A stretch of 64,000 bases of DNA from Thermoplasmatales archaeon (lineage in GTDB: Archaea > Thermoplasmatota > Thermoplasmata > Thermoplasmatales > Thermoplasmataceae). Within the stretch, counting starts at the first letter, position 1; the number at the start of each line of letters is the position of its first letter. This document shows, in pieces, positions 56,672-64,000 of this stretch. The position numbers and the translations under genes are program-made. The stretch covers positions 2,314 to 66,313 of the forward strand of contig JACWAH010000001.1 of NCBI GenBank assembly GCA_014874365.1, given 5' to 3'. The notes beneath the pieces are model-generated. The model was not told the DNA's origin. It ran no database searches and was given only the letters and a program-made list of their open reading frames with translations.

Positions 56672-58396
56672 TCCTGAAAGCAATAGAGATGAAACGCTAG
56701 TCGCCAGAATCGCATATTTTGCTGTATGCAAAGCCTGGAAAACGGTGCTATTCAGCCGTTTGAAAATGCCTTCTTCGCCCATGTGAACTTTTGCCGTAGA
56801 CGCACCATAGAATATTTTCGCTTTTCCAATATCTTTCAAGGCCAATTCAATGGAATCAAGTGCTTTTTCCCGCACCAATGAAAGATCGTCTCTTTCCCCC
56901 AGAGGATTCATGTCAAGAGTGCTGCTATTAACAACATGGTTATCCGTCGTATAGAATTCTATACTTGTCACTTGCTGCGGCACTTTCTCTTTTATTGAAC
57001 CAATTAATTCAGGAGTTATGTTGTTTGAATCTGACAGCATGTAACAATGAAGGGACTTGCCATTCCCGATGACAAGGGCCTGAATTCCCATTGGTCCGAC
57101 TCCCGGGCTCGTTAATTCAGTTTTTCCATAACCAGCTATAATATCCTGATTTATCTCAAGCCTGTTGTATTCTCTCAATATGGCTTTCTGAAACCTGTGC
57201 AATTCTGAAAGTATTGGGGCTCCGTGGAAGAAATAGCTCTGAGAATCAACTAGAATTACATCTTTCGTGCCCGATCTGATCAGTGCATCTGAAAGTACAA
57301 GGCTTTCTTCAAACGATGCGTCGTCAAACTTTTCCCTATCTGGAATGAAGGAAACGAATGGAACATCACCAAACCGTTGAATTCCCAAAGAGACACCAGA
57401 TACGCTGAGTTTCCTGAATCTTGAGATTCCTGGAAGTTCAACGGATTTGTTAATAGACTCTTTAACCGCTTCTGCTATCGCAACTACATCCTGCTCATCC
57501 CTGCAGTTATTGCTGTTAGTGGTGGTAGTGTGGAATACCATCAGATCTTCCTTCCTGTTCGCTACGTAACTGGAAAGCTTTTCCGGCAGGTTGCTGCTGC
57601 CAAATTTGCCGAAAGGGCCGGGATGCACGTATGGAAATACCATTCTCAGGATACTTCCGTTTTCCTTCACAACTGAGACCACCTTTACCGGGACTTCTCT
57701 TTCATTGCTGTATATCATCTTGAAAAATTCAAGACCCTCGTGCTCTTCTTCCGTCCGCAAGTTCAGGAACATGTTTAGAACTGTAATCGGGCTAACACCG
57801 AACTCTTTCTGAAAATCTCTTATGGAAACCTGTACGAATGCTATTCCAAACAAGTAAAACAGGGTTCCGCTTATTAGGGAGGGGAGCAAGTAGACATACG
57901 AGGCTCCGATGAAGATGGACAATACTGCAGAAATGATTATCGGGAACATGCTGGGGAGATAAAGTTTTTTTGGTTCTCCAGAATAATATGGGTAATAAAG
58001 TATAACTCTGAGAAAGGACACTGCACTCCAGCTGAAAAGGATTGCACCATAGGCGCCCCCAATTGGAAGTTTTACAGTGAATGTAATCCAGGCTAGTATT
58101 GAGAATACCGTGAAAGTGGAAAAATTCAGGAAGTAAATTCTTCTTGAAGGAAAGTAGAAATTAGCATAATGAACGAAAATTTCATCTGAGCAGATCACGA
58201 GTAAAGCCGGGAGGGCGTAAAGCAACAGGCTCTGCCACACTGAATGAAACAGGAAGTATGAGAGTATGAGGTAAACGACGACGGGGGCCACATAGACCCT
58301 GGCGCTTGGTGAGCGCTTCATATATTTTGTCAAGTCCGCAAAAATCCTGTTCCGCGAGTGCTGAGATTTCAATCTTCCCAGTGAATAAGGGATCAA
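56639..58396 (-). CDS. Large polytopic membrane protein with cytoplasmic middle domain (archaeal DUF2070-like, tentative)
   Basis: 585 aa. About 6-7 N-terminal TM segments, a roughly 330-aa soluble region, and a C-terminal TM (AILATSVSSLLLSGLVFFIL). The family name is from memory of the architecture only. Confidence 0.6.
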   Translation of the reverse strand: MIPYSLGRLKSQHSRNRIFADLTKYMKRSPSARVYVAPVVVYLILSYFLFHSVWQSLLLYALPALLVICSDEIFVHYANFYFPSRRIYFLNFSTFTVFSILAWITFTVKLPIGGAYGAILFSWSAVSFLRVILYYPYYSGEPKKLYLPSMFPIIISAVLSIFIGASYVYLLPSLISGTLFYLFGIAFVQVSIRDFQKEFGVSPITVLNMFLNLRTEEEHEGLEFFKMIYSNEREVPVKVVSVVKENGSILRMVFPYVHPGPFGKFGSSNLPEKLSSYVANRKEDLMVFHTTTTNSNNCRDEQDVVAIAEAVKESINKSVELPGISRFRKLSVSGVSLGIQRFGDVPFVSFIPDREKFDDASFEESLVLSDALIRSGTKDVILVDSQSYFFHGAPILSELHRFQKAILREYNRLEINQDIIAGYGKTELTSPGVGPMGIQALVIGNGKSLHCYMLSDSNNITPELIGSIKEKVPQQVTSIEFYTTDNHVVNSSTLDMNPLGERDDLSLVREKALDSIELALKDIGKAKIFYGASTAKVHMGEEGIFKRLNSTVFQALHTAKYAILATSVSSLLLSGLVFFILSKFA

Positions 58397-58398
58397 TA

Positions 58399-59478
58399 TT
58401 AATTTCTTCGCGACGTTGCGATAATCTTGAGTTTCTTAATTACAAACTCATCAATGCCAACGCTTATTCTAACGTACTGGCCAAATCTATCTGAAATTGC
58501 AACTGGAGCAATCATGATTATCTCATTTATCGGGATCATTTTCTCCCTTGTAGCGACAATGATGAGATTCTCTGGCCTCAACTCGGTCAGGACCCGGTCA
58601 GATAGTTCATAATTGCCTCTGCCCACAAGAATCCCCATTCCACCGATTGGAGATATAATCAACCTGTAGTTCCCATCTTTCATTGCTGCAAGGATGTCCT
58701 CCTCTCCTGCCCTACTCTTAACTACCCTTCTATTTTTGACAATCTTAAAGTTAAGCAGATCTGTTCCAGGAACACCAAGTGCTTCCAGAATAGAATTACA
58801 GGTTGATCCGGGTCCAATTATGTACGATATTTCAGAACTCATATCAGCAGCAATCCCATACCCGAGCGAGGAAATATCCGTAGAGGCAAAGACCTGTTTC
58901 GGGTCCTGATTGTATGTTTTCGACTGAATTCCACTCATTTCGCCAAACAGTTTAAGGCGATCTTCCTTGAAATCGTAGTCAAGTATTTCTTTATCCTCAA
59001 ACTTTACGGAATTGGATAGGAAGAATTCCAGTTCCTTCACTGCATCCATCCAGGTGTAGGCGAATACGGAACTGTACATCTTAATTCCTGCCGGCACGCC
59101 TATTACGGGTACGGCATGTCCAACGGCATCCAGTAAATCCCGTGCTGTCCCATCTCCACCAACGAACACCAAAAGTTCAGCTCCTTCGCTGATTGCTTTT
59201 TTAGCGAAATTTTTTGTGTCGGCGCTTGAACTTGGATTATTCCATCCCTTCACTAGCGTATACGGGAACTGCATGAACCCGTCACTTTTGTAAATCTCAA
59301 AATCAGGCATTATTAGATGCACAGACTCAGGAAAAGTTATCGAGGAGACAAAGTTTCTGCCAATAATAGTTGATTCAGACTCTGAATAATCTGCCTGCGG
59401 GATATCGTCGGATGATTTCAAGCCTAATTTCTTACCCTCGCCCGCTCGTGGGTTGATAAAGAATGCTATCTTCCTCAT
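58399..59478 (-). CDS. ATP-NAD kinase-like protein (NAD kinase / diacylglycerol kinase fold)
   Basis: 359 aa. KIAFFINPRAG and LLVFVGGDGTARDLLDAV (GGDGT motif) are present. It sits in an operon between the M50-like and DUF2070-like genes. Confidence 0.75.
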   Translation of the reverse strand: MRKIAFFINPRAGEGKKLGLKSSDDIPQADYSESESTIIGRNFVSSITFPESVHLIMPDFEIYKSDGFMQFPYTLVKGWNNPSSSADTKNFAKKAISEGAELLVFVGGDGTARDLLDAVGHAVPVIGVPAGIKMYSSVFAYTWMDAVKELEFFLSNSVKFEDKEILDYDFKEDRLKLFGEMSGIQSKTYNQDPKQVFASTDISSLGYGIAADMSSEISYIIGPGSTCNSILEALGVPGTDLLNFKIVKNRRVVKSRAGEEDILAAMKDGNYRLIISPIGGMGILVGRGNYELSDRVLTELRPENLIIVATREKMIPINEIIMIAPVAISDRFGQYVRISVGIDEFVIKKLKIIATSRRN

Positions 59479-61190
59479 CCCGCATCAATGTAGCAGATTG
59501 CGGCACTGTAATTAGCAGTAACGGCAACTATCTCAGTCCACTGGGCGCTACCCTTCGCCGTGAACTGCATGGATGTATTGGCGAATGGCGTTATCTGGAA
59601 TGAATTGAACGAAAGTGGCGATCCTGGGCTGTTGGATGATTCCTTATAGAACTGGGAGGCATCGATCGACATCGTGAAAGCAATTGGGGTTGAAGTTATG
59701 ACATATAGAGTTATGTTTATTTCGCTGCTAGTATCGTCAACAAGCGTCAGGTTTAAAGGATTTCCAACTCTGTAATTGTGTACCGAATATGGATTATGTT
59801 GATTGTTAAACAGCAGATTTTTGGTTTCATCCACGGATATGAAAGTCAGAGAAGAAGTGGTATAATAAGTTCCTGAATAGACTGTAAAGGTAAAGTTGTG
59901 CCGTCCAGGAGTCATGCCGGATGTGTTTGCATAAAAAGTAATTGTTTCTGAGGAACCAGGTTGCAGGTTGCTGACAGAATAGTTAGCAACTTGCAGGGTC
60001 GGGAAAAACGAGAATGAGGGGTCCACCGGAGCATTTCCCGTATTTACGAGCTTTACTGAAAAATTGCCTGTACCATTTGACTCGTTATCCACCAGGATTG
60101 TTGGATCCATAACCTGCACAGAGAGCTTGATTTGGGATGGCAAATGGTGGATCGGAACCATGCTGACCAGAATTACAATGGATATGGCAACCAGTGACGC
60201 GCTTGCGTAATGAGGAAGCGGGGTGTTTCCATTCAGCGGTTCAGCGCCATTCAATCCAAGAAAAATAGAGAAAACAGGTATGATTATTAACTCCGGGTAA
60301 ATCAAACCAAGGCCAATCAGGGCAACAGCGGAAGCGTAAGAAACGAATTTGAATTTTTTCCCCAGCAAGCCCTTCCAAAATAACCCTCCATCAAGAAAGC
60401 CAATTGGAACAAAATTTAACGCGGAAACAAAAAGGCCCACCCAACCAACAAAAACCATGGGATTTATGAACCCGTTCATTGGTATTGCAAAACTGAAGAA
60501 ATAGTAGAATGCAACAGGATACCCGATGGAAGTATAAGGCATGCTTCCTACAGGGCCAGAAAGAGGGTAAGTCGGATTGATAAACCCGCCAACAACAATT
60601 ATGAAAATGGAATAGACGAATCCAAAAAGAATCGGTGCTCCACCGCATTCTATCATCGTCTTTCTATCCTTGTAAACATCATCAGATGTCGATATGCTTC
60701 CGCCCGTTCCAAAGAATAATGGATCCGGAATAAGGATTGGAAAGGAATAACTCATGCCGGAACTCTTCCTTGCGAAAAATCTTCCCAGTTCACGGAAGAA
60801 GAGGAATCCCGCCATCGGAAGGAAGAAAGTCAGTAAATCGGTTGTTATGACCTCTCCAGTAGATGTTGAATTGTAAAGGGCAGAATAAGCGTACCCTGCA
60901 TAGATTATGGAAATTATCGTAATTACAAATAGAACCATCCTTAACACAAGCCTGGAATTTTCCCTTTGTTCAAGCTTGATTACGAAGAGTTTATCCGGCT
61001 CGTCTTCAACCGTGAACGGTAGGTAGCCTATCCTTTTGCATTTGTACACAATCAGGTCGAAATCGATTCTTCGAAGTTCTCCGGGCGCAAGTGAGAAGAT
61101 AATTATTCCTTCTTTTTCCTCGTTAGATTCAACTTGTAAATCTCCATGTATGAGTTTGAATAACTCTGCATACTCCTTGAAGTCGCTCAA
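59475..61190 (-). CDS. Site-2-protease (peptidase M50)-like membrane protein with degenerate HExxH (RELGR) and sequon-rich extracellular C-terminal domain
   Basis: 571 aa. FFRELGRFFARKSSGMSYSFPILIPDPLFFGTGGSI aligns with the M50 pattern HE.GH...A...G....P.FIP....GT.GA.I. NFVPIGFLDGG keeps the NxxPxxxLDGG motif. The C-terminal ~220 aa is a beta-rich, Ig/CARDB-like region. Confidence 0.7.
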   Translation of the reverse strand: MSDFKEYAELFKLIHGDLQVESNEEKEGIIIFSLAPGELRRIDFDLIVYKCKRIGYLPFTVEDEPDKLFVIKLEQRENSRLVLRMVLFVITIISIIYAGYAYSALYNSTSTGEVITTDLLTFFLPMAGFLFFRELGRFFARKSSGMSYSFPILIPDPLFFGTGGSISTSDDVYKDRKTMIECGGAPILFGFVYSIFIIVVGGFINPTYPLSGPVGSMPYTSIGYPVAFYYFFSFAIPMNGFINPMVFVGWVGLFVSALNFVPIGFLDGGLFWKGLLGKKFKFVSYASAVALIGLGLIYPELIIIPVFSIFLGLNGAEPLNGNTPLPHYASASLVAISIVILVSMVPIHHLPSQIKLSVQVMDPTILVDNESNGTGNFSVKLVNTGNAPVDPSFSFFPTLQVANYSVSNLQPGSSETITFYANTSGMTPGRHNFTFTVYSGTYYTTSSLTFISVDETKNLLFNNQHNPYSVHNYRVGNPLNLTLVDDTSSEINITLYVITSTPIAFTMSIDASQFYKESSNSPGSPLSFNSFQITPFANTSMQFTAKGSAQWTEIVAVTANYSAAICYIDAG

Positions 61191-61221
61191 TCCACTTGTC
61201 CCTTCTTTACCTATGAATAAT

Positions 61222-63852
61222 TCACGATATTAACTTTTCATCTGCAGAACCTAAATTCAATGAGGCTATCCTGCTATTTCCGGATACCACCTTATTTTTT
61301 CCCATTATGTCGAAGAGTAATTTTCTGGCATCCTCTCTGTCGGAGATCAATGTTAATATGCGACTTCCGGACTTCTTGGAAATTACCATTAAAGGGCTGC
61401 CTATTTTCTTTACACGCGGAACCAGCAGTGGGATCAAATCTTCAGAAATTTCAGCTTTCCCTGTGAAATATTCTATTCCATTTTCCAGCTTTCTTTCAGC
61501 TGTGAGAATCAGCAGATCTGCAAGTTCGTCCAAAGTCTTCCCATATCGCTTTCTATTTTCCAGATAGGATTCGAAAACCTTCGCAAATTTCTGGGAAGCT
61601 GTATCAATGCCAGAAGCTAAGGCCGGGATGGTACTGCTGTAAAAATCGTGGAGTTTTTGCGTGTATTCAAGTGCACCAATTCCGGAAGCAAAGATAATCC
61701 TTTGAATTCCCTCCTGGATGGACTCGACTTTCACGATCTTGATCATTCCTATTTCCGAGGTACTTTTAAGGTGAGTGCCACCGCAGCCTTCAGCATCCGT
61801 GTCCTCTATTTCTACGACTCTCAATTTACTCGAAAGAGGCACGCCACCCTGAAAAAGTCCAAAGCCATATTTCTTCAGGGCAAGGTTCCATTCTATCATC
61901 CTGACTGATATTTTCTTGCCAGCTTTTATCAATTCCAGGCAGAGCTTTTCTATCTTACGAATATCCTCATCACTAATTTTCTCGTAATGCGTGACATCCA
62001 GCCTGGAATAATCCGTACCCTTTTGCACTCCGCTCTGCCAAATATGTGGACCCAGGACTTTCCTGGTTGCAGCCAGTAGCAGGTGTGTTGAAGAGTGACT
62101 GACCATGAGCCTGTCCCTTCTATCATTATCAATTTCTCCCCTTACCCTCACTTTTTCAGGTATTTTCCCGTCGACCCAGTGCACTATTGTACCGTTGATC
62201 TTTTGTACTGCCCTGACAGAAAACTTCCTGGAACCATAATAAAGAAAACCGGTATCGTATGGCTGTCCTCCACCTTCCGGGTAAAAGGCAGTCTGATTCA
62301 GTACAACAAAATCCTTTCCAGATTGAATCACAATGGCAGTAAATTCCCTGATGGAAGTATCATCATAGTACAATGCTCTGGTATCATACTTTTCAATTGA
62401 TGGGACATCCTTTACCTCTACCTGCTCTATCGTTTCCTTGACCGGAATAGGTCGATACTCCGGTGTTTCGCCGGTTTTCTCCTTAACGATTTGGGAAATA
62501 GTTTCATAAGGTATTCCATGGGATTCGTATAACTGCCTGAAATCATCCTGCGATAGTTTTCCTTTCTTGTCGACTATCCTGTGCACCAAAGCTGTGCCGC
62601 TTTTGAGAACTTCCTCATATTTGGATCTCTCCCGCTCCAGCAAAATGTTGGAAAAATCGAAATCAAAGCTTCCGATTATATCTTTATAGCTTGCATATTG
62701 CAGTTCAAGCAGCTCCCCAAGGTCTTCCTTAATTCCCAGGTTCTGGAAGTGCCTTAATGATCTCCTGATAAGCATCCTTGCAAGATAACCCACCTTCACG
62801 TTAGAGGGGATCACGTAGCTGGACAGCATGAAAAGCAGGGACCTGGAATGATCGGCGAGAGACCATACCGAACGCATTTTCGTAAGGGATTCCAGGAATT
62901 CCCTCTCTTTAAAATGCGGGAATTTTTTCGACAGGAGACCAGTGGTTTGAGAAATCACCTCTCTTTCGTTATAGGGATTGCTGTGTATAGCCAGGTCCAG
63001 ATACTGCATCAGGTATTCTTCAGGCAACTCCCTGACTTCAGCCTTGTCAATCAGGTGGGATACCAGCTCCGGGTATACCGCTTCATATATGGTACCCTTT
63101 GATTTGGAGAGCCAGGTCATTCTTTCCAGCCCATAGCCGGTATCTACAATTTTAAGTTCCATGGGGGAGTAATAATCGCCATCGATCTGCGTTGTACCAT
63201 TCCTGTCTTTTCTAAGATCCATAAAGACAAGAGTGGCAATTTCCACACCACCAACGAACACTTCCAGGGCATTCCCTGCGTTTCCACCCCCGGACCAGGG
63301 CTTCTCCGTATAGGTAATGTTTGCCTGGTCGATTCCAAGCGATTTTGTCAATAAGGAATTGCAGTAACTGATGGTTTCATTTTTCCAGTACACTTCCTTG
63401 TCAGGGTAGTTAAATGAATCGTGGCACATCATTTCGAAACCGGTAAGATGCCTGCCGGTTACGCCCACGTTGTCTACGTCCATCATGCGTATGCTGGGCT
63501 GAGACATTACGAGAGGGTTCTCAGGAGGTTTGGCATACCCCATAGTCACATGAGGCTGGAAATTGTAAATAGAAGCATTGACGAGAAGGACGTCTTCCCG
63601 CCACCTTGGCACAACAGGGTATGGTTTTACGAAACCATGCGTTTCCTTGAAGAAATCAATAAATTTTGATCGCATCCTGGAAACGCTGTATGGCTGGGGA
63701 ACCATGCCTGCTCCCAGGAAAGTGTACCTGTCACAATCCGAATCTCCGCAGTTTTTCCTCTTAGTGCTGGCCCAGAAGTGCTTACCGCAGTTTAAGCATT
63801 TTTGGCGCGTTAACCCAATCTCATTGAAGGAAGAGTAGTCTGTTTCTGACAT
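61222..63852 (-). CDS. alaS: Alanine--tRNA ligase (archaeal type)
   Basis: 876 aa. N-terminal Zn-ribbon-like CLNCGKHFW, class II core, editing-domain HSSTHLL...CGGTH motifs, and a C-terminal DHHA1-like region. Confidence 0.95.
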   Translation of the reverse strand: MSETDYSSFNEIGLTRQKCLNCGKHFWASTKRKNCGDSDCDRYTFLGAGMVPQPYSVSRMRSKFIDFFKETHGFVKPYPVVPRWREDVLLVNASIYNFQPHVTMGYAKPPENPLVMSQPSIRMMDVDNVGVTGRHLTGFEMMCHDSFNYPDKEVYWKNETISYCNSLLTKSLGIDQANITYTEKPWSGGGNAGNALEVFVGGVEIATLVFMDLRKDRNGTTQIDGDYYSPMELKIVDTGYGLERMTWLSKSKGTIYEAVYPELVSHLIDKAEVRELPEEYLMQYLDLAIHSNPYNEREVISQTTGLLSKKFPHFKEREFLESLTKMRSVWSLADHSRSLLFMLSSYVIPSNVKVGYLARMLIRRSLRHFQNLGIKEDLGELLELQYASYKDIIGSFDFDFSNILLERERSKYEEVLKSGTALVHRIVDKKGKLSQDDFRQLYESHGIPYETISQIVKEKTGETPEYRPIPVKETIEQVEVKDVPSIEKYDTRALYYDDTSIREFTAIVIQSGKDFVVLNQTAFYPEGGGQPYDTGFLYYGSRKFSVRAVQKINGTIVHWVDGKIPEKVRVRGEIDNDRRDRLMVSHSSTHLLLAATRKVLGPHIWQSGVQKGTDYSRLDVTHYEKISDEDIRKIEKLCLELIKAGKKISVRMIEWNLALKKYGFGLFQGGVPLSSKLRVVEIEDTDAEGCGGTHLKSTSEIGMIKIVKVESIQEGIQRIIFASGIGALEYTQKLHDFYSSTIPALASGIDTASQKFAKVFESYLENRKRYGKTLDELADLLILTAERKLENGIEYFTGKAEISEDLIPLLVPRVKKIGSPLMVISKKSGSRILTLISDREDARKLLFDIMGKNKVVSGNSRIASLNLGSADEKLIS

Positions 63853-64000
63853 AATCCTGAATTCTGGATGTCCTACCTTGCATTAAATTATTACTGATTT
63901 CGCCTTAAGCAGATCATGAAGGTATTCAGGTGAAATGGTCTCAAGTCAAGGAAATGAACCACATTCATTCCCCTTATTCCATCCAACGCGGTCTTCAGGA

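Noticed and set aside
1-64000. CRISPR arrays, rRNA genes, tRNA genes
   Set aside because: I found no regularly spaced short repeats, no rRNA-like stretches, and no intergenic segment that folds into a cloverleaf with a GTTCRANYC T-loop. This was an eye scan only; tRNAscan-SE or Infernal should confirm it.
63943-64000. Possible start of another gene at the window edge (ATG 63943, MVSSQGNEPHSF...)
   Set aside because: It is too short and truncated by the window end, and no motif is recognisable.

Overview
This is an archaeal chromosomal window. Markers are GGGP and DGGGP synthases, Orc1/Cdc6, membrane LonB, ribosomal protein L40e, class V FBP aldolase/phosphatase, a two-subunit 2-oxoacid:ferredoxin oxidoreductase and archaeal-type AlaRS. 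Gene content and base composition look Thermoplasmata-like, but that is inference only. About 60 protein genes are supported.

Main blocks:
(1) 0.3-8.5 kb is a patchy accessory stretch. It holds a broken IS110 element, an NCS1 permease, dcd, rnz, a Toprim protein, and a ~3.2 kb segment bracketed by imperfect ~65-bp direct repeats. That segment carries a transposase remnant, an AT-rich leader, and a viperin-like radical-SAM gene translationally coupled to an NYN/LabA-fold gene.
(2) 8.9-26.3 kb is a molybdenum-cofactor supercluster: moaC, moaB, moeB-like, moaD, moaA, moaE, moeA, both a MocA-like and a MobA-like nucleotidyltransferase, an XdhC chaperone and CoxG. It also encodes two molybdoenzymes: a three-subunit xanthine-oxidase-family enzyme with the AYRGAGR-type (non-CODH) loop, and a Cys-type NAD-linked formate dehydrogenase.
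(3) 26.5-33 kb holds an MFS transporter, an Lhr-type helicase and purL/purS.
(4) 33-40 kb is a second accessory patch: an ISL3 remnant, orphan sequon-rich surface proteins, and a MarR/DHA2-MFS operon with a palindromic operator candidate.
(5) 40-64 kb is housekeeping: lipid synthesis, folC, cdc6, kor, fbp, rpl40e, purQ, Cgi121, LonB, aroC and alaS.

No rRNA gene, convincing tRNA gene or CRISPR array was seen.

The best candidate for something new is the pVip-NYN cassette inside its repeat-bracketed island. Secondary curiosities:
- a ~180-bp intergenic repeat pair flanking kor-fbp
- a small protein with a ribosomal-stalk-like C-terminal tail
- an M50 protease homologue with both HExxH histidines replaced by Arg
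- a purQ whose conserved N-terminus lies upstream of its first ATG, in frame with the rpl40e stop codon

All family assignments come from motif recognition by eye. No database search was run.
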